Position numbers and translations under genes: made by a program
The notes under the pieces: generated by a model
Seen by the model: the letters and a program-made list of their open reading frames with translations, nothing else
Told to the model about the DNA's origin: nothing
Database searches by the model: none
In this document: in pieces, positions 50,822-62,428 of the stretch
Layout: every line of letters starts with the position of its first letter
How positions within the stretch are numbered: the first letter of the stretch is position 1
Source: Eukaryota sp. TZLM1-RC
Lineage: Eukaryota; Protista; Metamonada: BaSk clade
DNA length: 64,000 nucleotides
Assembly: GCA_040285825.1 (NCBI GenBank)
Contig: JAUPSS010000002.1
Span: 2,294,001-2,358,000, forward strand
Direction of reading: 5' to 3'

Positions 50822-51945
50822 TTGCCTTTTCAGTATGGAATTAATACCACTGATGGAGTTTCTCCAGCATTATTTGCTACAGCTGTATTATTTCGTCAAA
50901 ATGAGTCCAATGTTTGTATGTCGTTGGATTTCAGCAATGCATTTAATTCAATCAGTGGTTGCAGTATTCATGGTGCTATGTTACAATATTTGGCGGAATT
51001 AATGCCTTAATTGCAATCAACATATTGCAAAAAAATTCTATTTCGTCATCAAATCATCAAATGGTCATCAAATCATCAAATAGTGTAAAGTAGAGAGATC
51101 CTTTAGAACCTCTTTTGTTTTGTTTGGCCATTCATCCTATTTTATTACAAATTCAAGAGATGTTTACTTCGCTAAAAATGATCGCATATATGGATGATGT
51201 TGTTCTTATAGGTGATATAAAGATTGTGAAAAAAGCAACTGTATGTTTCAAAGAACTATTTAACAGAATTGGCCTCCAACTTAATTTACTGAAATGTGTT
51301 TTATGTTCGAATTCTCCAGTTTCTACAATAGTTGATGATATTGAAATTCAAGCCATTTTATATTCAATTGCTGCTATTCATCATTTGGGTTCGTTTTTAG
51401 GAAATAATGATGAAGTTACCAAAGAATTGTTTGAAAAGTTGAACTCAATTTCCGAAAAAATTGACCGAATGATGACTTGAGATATACAAAAACATATCAA
51501 ATTTACCATTATAAGACTGTGTTTTAGTTCCAACTTTAATCATATATTTCGATCTTCAAATCCTCTTATCACTAGGCCTTTGGCCCAGAAGTTTAATGAA
51601 TTACGTGCAAAAGTTTTGTCACAATTACTGGGATGTAAAATGTTCCAAATTCCAGATCATGCTTATCTTAGTCCACATTATGGCGGTTTAGGGTGGACGA
51701 AGGCTTCTATTCTTACCTCGTGTGCTTTTTGTTGGTGGATGCAGAAATGCAATCTTTGAGTTTTCTGAAGTATTTGCCGATTGGGAAGATTTATTTATGA
51801 CAACACAAAGTTCCCCTGCTTTTGCATTAAATGATGAAATTTCGAAAATTGATGAAGAAAAATGGAGTCGATGCTTTCCCCAATCATTCAATGGCAATAT
51901 TCCGGAAAAGAATTTTTTTAAATTTAAAACACACTCTTCGAACAT
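50822..51945 (+). mobile_element. Decayed RT fragment of RLE family A
   Basis: PFQYG, LDFSNAFNS, AYMDD and thumb region, with stops and frameshifts. Confidence 0.85.
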
Positions 51946-53153
51946 TGGGCAGCTTCCATTCATGTTAACAAATCATTTCTGATTTTCCTAGTTGGTTGTG
52001 AAAAGCTTATTAACTTGTCCTTTCTGCAAGTCCAATGTTTTCTGTGTCAATGGCAAATTGACTGTCACCATCCTGGTATGAACTCACCTTTTACTCATAA
52101 AATGTTGGTTTGTGTATGGCCAATTTGGAGTTGTGCAGGGAAAGAAAGGAGGGATGAAAAGGAGCAGCAAAATCGCTGCACCTGTAGGGAATTGACACTG
52201 GGAATTAAGCTGATAAGCTGTTTGTTTCCAGAATGAAACAATGCTGGCATTTATGCAGCTCGAGATACCCACTAGATTTGCTGTCACTTAAAACGGGCCT
52301 GAACAGATCGTATCCGTGAGTTGGGTATCTATTCTAATTAATAAAGCTCTTGTTAATTCTTTAAATTTTCGGCTTCCACCAGTTGTTTAACTAAAATTGG
52401 AATTTTCCACAATTGTCACGTCCATTTTACATGATTTCTAATCACCGAACTTTATATCCAAACCGGTCTAAGGTGATTTTTTCCCATAAAATAAAAAATG
52501 TTGGTATATTGTTCACTTGCCTGAAACGCACAATAATTATTGTTGCTGGAAGGCATTTTTGTTGTAATTCTATGTTGGTCAGTGAAAAGGGGTTAAGATA
52601 CAAAATGATCCCATTGAATATTATAGAAAATAATAATGATATAATAATATTATGCTATTTAGAGGTATAGATGAGGTACCTAAAGAAGACATTTATTTAA
52701 CATGCATAAATACAATGAATTTTTGTAAGGTTTTGACACCACATGTAGCTTTTTTCAGTTATCAGTAGAAAAGCGATTGAAAAGTGATTGAGGAAGGTGA
52801 ACTTATCCTGAACACTGATCTAATGGTTTAAAGAAAATATGGCTATTCAAGATTCACAAAACCTAACAGGTCGAGAAGAAAGCTATAAAATGTTTCAAAT
52901 TTCATAAATAAAATTGGAGGACATGTGAAGAGGAGAATGAATCAGGATTTTGATCATTTTTTGTAATTGAATTGTATTTTTCAAATTCGCAATTTCGAAT
53001 TTTAAGATAAATAAGTTAAGGGTTTGCTGTTCAGTTTTGTTATTGAAATTGGTAAAGCATCAGTTGCAAAATTAAAGCTGATGAAATTTTGAAGATATTT
53101 TTGCCTTATATTGCGAAGAGATCCTTTTTTCGAAACCTCCAACTCCGACAACA

Positions 53154-54500
53154 ATGGAACCTTTTCTTCAATCTTCATTACCCAAGTCACTCTCGAAGTT
53201 CAGGCTTCTTGCTCTTGTCTTTATCAACATAGGCGTTGAGATTTCATGGGCATCTGAATACTCTTTTGCCGTTCCTTTACTTCAAAGTCTCGGTCTCTCT
53301 GAATCTGATGCTGGTATGGCATATTTAGCTGCTGCGCTGCTCTCAATCTACTTTTTACCATTCATTGGTAAGCTTTCGGACAGATCTCATTGTTCCTTCG
53401 GCAAACGTCGTCCTTTTATCTTTGTATTCTCCATGACAGCGATCATTTCTGCCTTAGTTTTGCCCTCGGTGCCTTATTTCACCCTACTGTCACACAAATA
53501 CAGAGTTTTTGTCTGCTTTTTTCTCATTGCTTTTATGGATTTGTCTTTCAAACTCCTAGAATCCCTAGCTCACTCTATTGTAATTGATGTCTGTCCCAGT
53601 CACCAGCAAGTTACTGGTAATCTTTGGTTTTCCTGGAGTGTCGGTACTGGCTCAGTTCTTGGTTATTTACTTGCTTCTTTTGATTTGTTTGAAATGTTTC
53701 CTGTTTTGGGCAGTGTTTTTAGTTCAGAGATGGCTGCTCAATTTACTATTGCAGCGAGCATTTTCTTTTTCTCGATGCTGTTCACTATTTGTTTTGCAAA
53801 AGAACCTGTTCCTTCCATATTCTCTTCCAACAGGTCTATTTTCAAAGATATCACTAGCACCCTTAAAAGGTTACCAAAGCTTTTCAAAACTCTTATTTGG
53901 ATTCAAATACTATCATGGATTTCTATTTTTGCTGTATTCCAATTCACAACTACTTTTTTCGGTACAGAAGTTTTTGGCGGCGATCCCGAAACATCACCAG
54001 AATTATTTACCAAGGGAGTTAAGGTTGGTTCATTAGCTTTGACTGGTGGTAGCGTCATTTGCTTGGTTGCAGCACCTTTAATCTCTGCAATTATTGGCAA
54101 GGACTCTTGTTTATTTAGAATTAAACTTTTGTATGGCCTGGGACATTTGCTTGCTGGAATTGGGTTACTTGTAGCTACAATGGTTCCTTTAGGTAAGACC
54201 CAATCTGTTATTGCTGTCTCCATGCTTGGTTTTCAGTCTGCTGTTGCATTTTCCTTACCATTTGCTTTAATTGAACGTATTGTCACCAATGATTCTGATA
54301 TGGGTATTTGCTCTTCTTTATTTTGTTTAGCAATGGCTACAGGGCAGATTTTCTGTACTGTTGGGTTGAGTTACCTTATCTCAATCACCAATACTACGTC
54401 AACGGCTTTGCAAGTGGCTGGAGGTGTGTCTCTATTAGTATGTTTGTTTATATTCACCAAGATTCCATCAAAGTTGAAGGTGATTAGTGGTATTAATTAG
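53154..54500 (+). CDS. MFS (GPH family) SLC45/sucrose-H+ symporter-like transporter
   Basis: About 12 hydrophobic segments. GVEISWA..PLLQSLG, IGKLSDR...FGKRRPFI and FFGTEVFGGDP...KGVKVG are typical of SLC45/SUT. Confidence 0.85.
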   Translation: MEPFLQSSLPKSLSKFRLLALVFINIGVEISWASEYSFAVPLLQSLGLSESDAGMAYLAAALLSIYFLPFIGKLSDRSHCSFGKRRPFIFVFSMTAIISALVLPSVPYFTLLSHKYRVFVCFFLIAFMDLSFKLLESLAHSIVIDVCPSHQQVTGNLWFSWSVGTGSVLGYLLASFDLFEMFPVLGSVFSSEMAAQFTIAASIFFFSMLFTICFAKEPVPSIFSSNRSIFKDITSTLKRLPKLFKTLIWIQILSWISIFAVFQFTTTFFGTEVFGGDPETSPELFTKGVKVGSLALTGGSVICLVAAPLISAIIGKDSCLFRIKLLYGLGHLLAGIGLLVATMVPLGKTQSVIAVSMLGFQSAVAFSLPFALIERIVTNDSDMGICSSLFCLAMATGQIFCTVGLSYLISITNTTSTALQVAGGVSLLVCLFIFTKIPSKLKVISGIN

Positions 54501-54971
54501 CTTTGTTTTTGTTGTATATTCTTTATTCAAAACATTCTGTAACATAAACTGTATTTGTAGTTATTGTAATGTTATTCGTCCTATTCGCCTTGACAGTTTT
54601 CTTCACAAGACCTGCTCTTAGAGCTTTAACAAAATTTAAAAGCCCATAGAGTGTGAATATTTAAGGTTCATAAACCAAACCTTTTTTTCTTCTTTTTTGT
54701 TTTTGGTCATGCTTTTGAACCTGAACTAAGTCTAAAGCTACAGATTTTTGAATGTATCGATTCTATTAATAAATAGAGCCTTCAGAATGCAACTTTGTTC
54801 TTATTCACTCGATTATTCAACACTTACAAAATTTGATAAAATTAAAAGAAACACTTTTTCCAATATATGAAGCGCATTAAGGGCCCCACCGTTTCTTCAG
54901 GCAATGAAGCTGAACGGAATATTGTTTATTGAATCGACAAAAACAAAATTAAATAATTATACACCAATGAT

Positions 54972-57900
54972 TTTTTTCCTTCCTCTACATAAAACCGTTT
55001 AACTTACAACCTGGCTGAACCGCGATCATTGCTTCTATTCTTTCTTGTTGATGCCTGAATCAGCTTCTGATTCTAATGGAGTCAAAAGATGGAACGATAG
55101 ACAACAAGATGCTCAAGACGTCCTTTCCACCACTCCTCCTCAACCTCTTCTCTCTTCATTTTTGGACAAAAAAAATTCTGATCAAGAATTTTTAGAAAAT
55201 CACGATGAAAACAAAGTTTGTTCAAAAACAAAGCCACGCTCCTACAGATGCTCAAAGTGTCGACAACAAGGACATAATGCTCGAACATGCCCCAATGTTG
55301 GAAAAAATGATGTGGCAAATTCTGAAACAAAATGTAAAAGAAAATTTATTAGAAGAAAAGAGTCTAAGGTAGAACCAATAAATGATGCTCCACAAGTTGT
55401 TGCAAAACCAGTTAGCAATCGATTGAAGCACAAAACTTGCAACAATTGTGGTATTTCTTTTAGAAAAAATGCAAAAGGAAAAACTTCTGATCGATGCTTG
55501 AAATGCCGCATAGTTGATAACTACCATCCTCCCATAAGAATACCTCAAGAAATTCATCCGACCAAATGCAATGAATTTGCTTTCGTTTTTCAAAGATTTT
55601 TGGATCAATTATGTAAAGGAAAGTATGCTATCAATATTATTTGGGAATTTTTTGGTTCTTTTTGTCCTCCTTTTGAACAAAATTTTGTAAATAATTCCGA
55701 AGATTTAACTAATATAGCACCGAGAAATCAATCATCCGGGAAATTAAGTAAAATTTTTGAAGACAAATGCTTTGACAACAAATGGTCCAAGGCTTTGTCA
55801 GCTTTAAGTCCCGGAGTTAAAGCATCCAACAATGAAAATACAATAGATAAACTAAAAGTACTTCATCCTTATGAAGACCCTATAATGGATCAAAATTTTT
55901 AAGGCACATACTGGGAAAATTATCCATTGATGCCATCAGAAGTTTTTTCGGTGATCAAAAAGAGACCACGCGGTAAGTCTGCCGGACTTTCTGGTATTAC
56001 TATTGATCATGTAAAAGCCGCAATTATTTCTTCAGAAGATTGTCTTGGTTTATTAACCAAATTTTTCAACAAAATATTATATGGTCAACTCAAATACCCA
56101 GAAGAATTAAGAAGTTCTCGTTTGACTGCACTTGTCAAAAATTCAAAAATGGATGTTCGTCCTATTGCAGTCTCTGAGAGCTTACACAATATTTTTTCTG
56201 CGTGTTGCTTAAGCAGGTTCAATGAGAAAGCAAAGAAAATTTTATTACCCTTTCAATATGGTATTAATACCACAGATGGAGTCTCTTCAGCGATAATTGC
56301 TACTGATGTTTTATTTCGCCAAAATGAATCCAATGTTTGTATGTCATTGGATTTTAGTAATGCTTTCAATTCACTAAGTCGTCGCAGTATCCATGGTGCT
56401 CTATTGCAATATATGCCGGAATTAATACCGTATTTTCAATCAACATATTGCACATATTCTAATTTACATTTTGGTAATAACATTTTGAGTTCATCAAGTG
56501 GTGTAAAGCAAGGAGCTCCGTTAGGGCCTCTTTTGTTTTGTTTTTTTGTCTTGTGGAATATTGCCATTGAATGATTGGGGAAAACATCGACCCCATTTTT
56601 CTACATCAATTTTTGAAATTTCTTCATTTAATGCAAAAACAGTGGAACAGTGCGTTGTCATCAATAAATCTTCCCAATCTGCAAATCTTTCGGAAAACTC
56701 AAAGATTGCATTTCTGCATCCACCAACAAAAGCACACGAGGTAAGAATAGAAGCCTTCGTCCACCCTAAACCGCCATAATGTGGACTAAGGTAAGCATGA
56801 TCTGGAATTTGAAACATTTTACATCCCAGTAATTGAGACAGAACTTTTGCACGTAACTCATTAAACTTCTGAGCCAAAGGTCTAGTGACGAGGAGATTTG
56901 TAGATCGAAATATATGATTAAAATTGGAACTAAAACACAGTTTTATAATGGTTAATTTGATGTGTTTTTTTATATCTAAATTCATCATTTGGTCAATTTT
57001 GTCAGAAATTAAGTTCAACTTTTCAAACAATTTTTTGGTAATTTCATCATTATTTCCTAAAAACGAACCCAAATGACGAATAGCATCAATTGAATATAAT
57101 TTGGCTTGAATTTTAATACCATCAACTACTGTGGAAACTGAAGAATTCGATAACAAAACACATTTTAGTAAATTAAGTCGGAGACCAATTTTGGTAAATA
57201 ATTCTTTAAAACATACAGTTGCTTGTTTCAACTGCATAATATATGCAGTTCGGCTGTTTTAAATCAAGGTCTTCACTGATTGTTATTGGAAAGGGTGTTT
57301 GTGAAAACCAGTCATCAGATTCTTCACTGTTTGTAACCATTGAACCACGAACATTTGGACTGTGTGCTACTAATGAAGCGTTCGTAACAAAAATGAGATT
57401 ATATTTGAATATCCCCATTCATCAATTATTATCAAAAGAAAAATGTATTTGTTCGAATTCACCACAACTCACTTTGCGCCATGCCATGAATTGTTCGAAA
57501 TTGATAACTTATCGTTCTTCATTACATGATGCTGTTAGAGACACTGTTTGTAATTTTGGTTCTGATGATAGAGGTGATGTATACTGTGATTGGATTGATA
57601 ATTCTGAAGCTATTGTTGACTTTGTCTCATGTAATGTTGCAAATGATACTTTGGTTCACAGAAGAAAACTTAATCCTGTGGCTGCTCTGGATTTTAAAGC
57701 AAAAGAGAAACATAGAAAATATGATAAAGATATTGAAGAGGCTAATGTCGATAGAAATACACAACTGGTTTTTATTGCTTTCCCATTTTCGATAAATGAA
57801 AGATTATCAGTTGAAGCAGAAACTTTTTTGAATGACTTCCAAAAAATGGTGCAAGAAAAAACAATGAAAAGATTTGATATATTTTTATGGCGTTCACGGA

Positions 57901-58071
57901 TTCAATTTGCCATTATTAATAGATTACCACGGTTTTTCAATCGAATAAGAGAAGCTTTAGCTAGACAGCAAGCAGACCAAGATTTTGTAGAGGAAATCTT
58001 GGTTCAATGATAGTCGTCCCATTAGTATTGAGTTAATTTAATTAAGTGTGCAAATTCAATAAATACAATTA
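54972..58071 (+). mobile_element. Probably full-length CRE-like RLE retrotransposon family A with an internal inversion
   Basis: TSD ACACCAATGAT (54961-54971 / 58072-58082). ATG 55051, CCHC knuckle CSKCRQQGHNARTC, CxxC..CxxC, RT motifs RPIAVSE, FQYG, DFSNAFN, GVKQG. Segment 56555-57224 is inverted; RLE 3' part follows. Confidence 0.9.
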
Positions 58072-58440
58072 ACACCAATGATCTCATTGAAAATTGTGGC
58101 AGCTCTTACCTTGACAAGAAATTGATTCTCTTTCACCAAGTATTTGGCCTCAATGTTTTCCCTCTGATATGGTGGAACTTCCTTCAAGAAACTTGCTCTC
58201 TTTACCACTGACTTTTGCAAAATTGCAAAAGGAAATCTTAAAAATCTTAGAAAACTTGGATTTTGTTGTACGTCTTAGCTTGGCTAAAGAAAAAAATCCC
58301 GTTTTTGCAAATTTTTTGATTGACCTTAAAGACAGTAGCTCAAGGTGCCTGATCTCCCAAGTTCCCAAAATTGATCGACTTCTACTCAATGATCATCAAT
58401 GGATTACTGCATTGAGAATGAGATGTTTCTTATGGCCTTG

Positions 58441-59540
58441 TGATGCCGTTAGGCAGAAATACCAAAGAAGTAAAGAGAGAAAAAGAGATTTATTAATAGA
58501 AATACTTGTTTTTGAACAAGTGCCACGTCATCATGTAAATTCCTCATCTGTCTAGCAAGATAGTTAATCAGTAACAACAACACTACTTCTTCCCATTTTC
58601 TTTCAACAGTTTCGTGAACCATTTAGCATGATGAAGAAAGGGGATTTGTGAGATGCTGAGGCACGTGGCGTAAATGATTGACTTCGTGCTTAACTTTTGA
58701 GGGGCAATCACGAGCTAGATGACCTTTCTGGTGATAGTTGAAACATGTCCCTTCAGTCAAATTGCAAGACCTATGGGATGAACGAGACTTCATACCAGCT
58801 TGACGCGCAGAGTCGGTATTTTCATAAACAGTCTTTGAAGACCTGTTCCAAGAAGCTACTCGCGTGCAATCAAGTAGTTCATCCTCTGCGGTATTTACCA
58901 ATGTAGGAAAATCGGGGAATACCTCATCCCGAATTCGAGAAATCAGAGATTTCTGCAGTCCTAATGGAAGAATACCCTTGGCGAATCTGATCATGAAGGC
59001 TGAGTCAGGCAGTTTCAGTCCGGAAGCCCTGCTTTTCGCCTGAAAAAAACGTCTCAGGTAGCAGGACATACGTTCACGGACGTCGCCCTTACGGACATCA
59101 ACCTTCAACTCAGACATCACCAAGTTGAATTCCTCGTACGAGGAAAACGAGGTGGAGGATCTTAAATGATCCAGAAACACCTCATCGGATGAATCGACCC
59201 CAGGTCTTGTGAGAACCAATGATTCTAACAAGAAGGGGTCAACGAGGAGCCTTGCTGGAACAAGGTCCTTTTTCGGTGTAACAGAAGAGTACACCTTCCA
59301 CTGTTGTAGGAACAACAGAACATCATCCACTTCCATAGAAGCAAGGGACGGATGTGGTACGTGTGTAGATTTCATCTGCAATGAGGGCCAATAATTATTG
59401 ATGCCGTTAGGCAGAAATACCAAAGAAGTAAAGAGAGAAAAAGAGATTTATTAATAGAAATACTTGTTTTTGAACAAGTGCCACGTCATCATGTAAATTC
59501 CTCATCTGTCTAGCAAGATAGTTAATCAGTAACAACAACA
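58441..59540 (-). mobile_element. 1.1-kb gag-only LTR element (family 3)
   Basis: Identical 142-bp LTRs (58441-58582, 59399-59540), TSD CTTG, PPT gaaagaaaatgggaagaagtag. Confidence 0.95.
58623..59375 (-). CDS. Gag-like protein with degenerate zinc knuckle
   Basis: Open ORF from ATG 59375; CFNYHQKGHLARDC is a CCHC knuckle with the second Cys replaced by Tyr. Confidence 0.75.
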   Translation of the reverse strand: MKSTHVPHPSLASMEVDDVLLFLQQWKVYSSVTPKKDLVPARLLVDPFLLESLVLTRPGVDSSDEVFLDHLRSSTSFSSYEEFNLVMSELKVDVRKGDVRERMSCYLRRFFQAKSRASGLKLPDSAFMIRFAKGILPLGLQKSLISRIRDEVFPDFPTLVNTAEDELLDCTRVASWNRSSKTVYENTDSARQAGMKSRSSHRSCNLTEGTCFNYHQKGHLARDCPSKVKHEVNHLRHVPQHLTNPLSSSC

Positions 59541-60574
59541 CTTGTTCGTTACCAAGTGATTTAATTTGTCGCTGTAAGAATGTGGTTACACTTTCCCATA
59601 TTTTGAACTGCAAATGTTTTATTACCTATCACTCAATTGTTCATGACTTAGTTCGTGATCAATTATATGCTATGTGTAAAAGTATCAATATTGAGGCTTT
59701 TATTGAAGCGTTAGTACGTAAGCTATCTCCAGATCAGATTGATGATACTTTTGGTAAAAGAAGGGCAGATTTAGTAGGTCCGGGGCTCATTGGTGTTCAC
59801 AACGTTGTGGATGTTATCTCAGTTGATGTCTGCAAAAATTTTGTTGATCGTTTGGTGTATTCTGCTCATTCGCCACTATCCAACGCTCAAAAAAAATAAA
59901 AAAATATGAAGAACCATTGGCACATTTAGGTGAAGTCGAACATGTGAAATATCAGTTGGTGCCGTTTGCTATTTCTCTTTTTGACAATATTGGTCCCTCA
60001 GGAGTGCACTTTTTTTTGAAAATTTTAAGACAGTTTTGCAAAATAGATCTCGTAAAAGATTGAATTCTTCTTTCTGGTCAAATGGCATTGTTTTTTGCAT
60101 TTTTAAGTCTATTCCAACAATGATTTCTAAAGCTCTTTTAGCTATTGGTGTAGAATATGAGCGCAATGCTGTGAGTAGGTTTAGTAATAGTGATGATTTT
60201 TTGGAGGATATTGAATATTAGCTAGAATTTTAGATCAATATAAATATAGTTAAAAAAATATACACCAAATTTTGATCAATTTGAACTTGAATCGCATCGA
60301 TTCTCTGACATAGGTTCGAAACCTAAATAAAAAAGAAGCTTTAGTCCCAGGCTAGAGTTACTGATTGAATATAGCAAGATAATAGATTAGTCCATCAAAG
60401 GCTTTTATAAAAAATGTTAGTCTTTACACTATTCTAGAGTGTAGATAGACTTATCTATTTATTCTTGTTTATTAGCTTAATGTTCATTGTTTATTCATGG
60501 AGACCTCACTAGTGATGGTATTGAAATTCATAGCTCATTTCTCGTCGTAATAAAATTACTATCTGTTCACATAT

Positions 60575-62428
60575 ATGTCTGACTCTAGCCCACAGGCAAC
60601 AATAATTATTGGCCGTTCTTCGGCTAACGAACAACAGGCTCCTCTGGATGCAGCCTCACCTCCGGGTGGAATTAATCTCGGCCGTAGGGATTCCGACTCC
60701 CATCTCGCCAACAATCCTCAGGATTCAGAGGGGGACCCTTCTACTCCTGCCAAGGATTCTTCTTCTCCCGAAGAAGTCAACGCAGACACCTCGAAAGAGG
60801 AGTCTACCTCTACGGCTTCCAAGGAGTCGAAAGATTCTACTGGTCAGGTTCGTCCATCCTCTCCTTCTCCCAAGGTATCTACTCCTACTCAATCTAAGTG
60901 GCAGTATATCTTGGAGAAATTCCGTAGGGAATTAGAACTATGGGACTTCCTGGATCTAGTCGCCTTAAAGGCAGAACTTGCTACTCGTGCTCCTAAGGAC
61001 CACTTTGAGCAGTTCATGATCCAGATGTTCCTAAACGAGTCTCCTCCTCGGATTTCTTCGGTTGAAGAGGATGGGGACAACTTTAAGTTCTTGCTGATGC
61101 CCCAACCCTATGATCCATTGACTCATCCAGACCCTGATTGTCTTATGGATTTCTATTCATTCCGTCTGGACAGGGAATCAGCAGTCGAACCTAATCCAGG
61201 CCAAGTTTTCGCCGCTCGTAGTGCTTACGGTCAGGAGCTTTCGAGAGTATGGAACTCGTTGGATAACCCTCCTACTCTCAGAAGTCTCCCAGCTAATCCC
61301 GAAACCACTCCAATACCTTCTCGTCAAGAGAAAGTAGCTGTTCATGGTGAGGATGAAGAAGGTAACTCATGCGTTTTCTGGGTACCTAGGAGTCAAGTTC
61401 TCTCTCCTGATCCCTCCATTCCTAAGCCCCTCTCTGGAGATTTGTCCGTTTCGGATCTCGACACTTCTCCTCCCATCCTTCTCCCATCTAACGCGGTGGA
61501 TTTCGACTCTCTTAGTATTCCTAAAACATCACAGTCCACCACCAAAATCAGGGACAGCCCCTCTCGCTGTTTCCCTAAAATCACCAGAGATGGACAAGAA
61601 GTTGATCTTACTTTTGATGGTGTTCCAGGTCACACTGGATATGATAAACCCATGGAACAAGTAGACAGGATGCGTCAGACTAAAGCATCAGACTGCGGAA
61701 AAACAGTCTGTGGTGCTAGTCTCCCTCCTCAAAACGCCACTACTACCACTAACGCTGTTCTTGCGGCTATGTCCAAAGCGTCTCGTAGTTTATATGACGA
61801 CCGAGCCAAGAAACTTCAATCAGATCGTAATCGCCCTCGTCTCAAGAAGGACATGATTACCAGTACTGGCAAGGTCATTGCATTCATTAATGACTTCATC
61901 TCTTGGGCGTACAATGATAGAATCTCTCAAGATTTCAAATGTGACCCCAACAACCCTCGCGAAGTCGCTCTAACTAATGAAATTGCACGTCTCACACAAC
62001 TTACAGAAGCTCACAGAGCCTGTACTCTCCGTGCTACTCATCATCCCAACTACATTCCGTTAAATCAACGATACGATGAGCCAGCCCACGAGTGGGACAT
62101 TTTCAGAGCTGGCGCTAAAATCAATCCAGCTGGCATCAGCTCTTGCGTTGACACCGATGTCATATCTACCCTTGCCATGGCTACAGGTGGTACAAGGCCC
62201 GGTCTCCAACTCCATCAAATCAACGATGAAGAACTGTGGGAGAACATTCTCTTCGCTTCCCAGTTTCCAAATCTGGCCACTGCCAAACTCACATTATCCC
62301 AATTCAAAATGGACTGGAATATCTCCAATTACCAGAGTAGATGGATTAAATATATATCGCAGGTCGGCTTTGTCGTCAATCAATCAATGGGGATGAGAGA
62401 TACACTAGCTATCGATCAGAAACTATGA
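60575..62428 (+). CDS. Gag-like ORF of LTR family 4
   Basis: 617-aa ORF in the gag position with a long S/P-rich N-terminus. Assignment is by position only. Confidence 0.55.
   Translation: MSDSSPQATIIIGRSSANEQQAPLDAASPPGGINLGRRDSDSHLANNPQDSEGDPSTPAKDSSSPEEVNADTSKEESTSTASKESKDSTGQVRPSSPSPKVSTPTQSKWQYILEKFRRELELWDFLDLVALKAELATRAPKDHFEQFMIQMFLNESPPRISSVEEDGDNFKFLLMPQPYDPLTHPDPDCLMDFYSFRLDRESAVEPNPGQVFAARSAYGQELSRVWNSLDNPPTLRSLPANPETTPIPSRQEKVAVHGEDEEGNSCVFWVPRSQVLSPDPSIPKPLSGDLSVSDLDTSPPILLPSNAVDFDSLSIPKTSQSTTKIRDSPSRCFPKITRDGQEVDLTFDGVPGHTGYDKPMEQVDRMRQTKASDCGKTVCGASLPPQNATTTTNAVLAAMSKASRSLYDDRAKKLQSDRNRPRLKKDMITSTGKVIAFINDFISWAYNDRISQDFKCDPNNPREVALTNEIARLTQLTEAHRACTLRATHHPNYIPLNQRYDEPAHEWDIFRAGAKINPAGISSCVDTDVISTLAMATGGTRPGLQLHQINDEELWENILFASQFPNLATAKLTLSQFKMDWNISNYQSRWIKYISQVGFVVNQSMGMRDTLAIDQKL

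Larger units (their letters stand above)
58080..60258 (+). mobile_element. 5'-truncated RLE family B copy carrying an LTR insertion
   Basis: Homologous to 21480-22560. TSD TATACACCAA (54958-54967 / 60259-60268); A7 tail at 60252-60258. Confidence 0.88.

Noticed and set aside
54889-54917. Hairpin ccgtt-t-cttca-ggcaa-tgaag-ctg-aacgg upstream of the RLE element, as a possible 5' ribozyme
   Set aside because: It lies outside the TSD, and I could not fit HDV or hammerhead cores.
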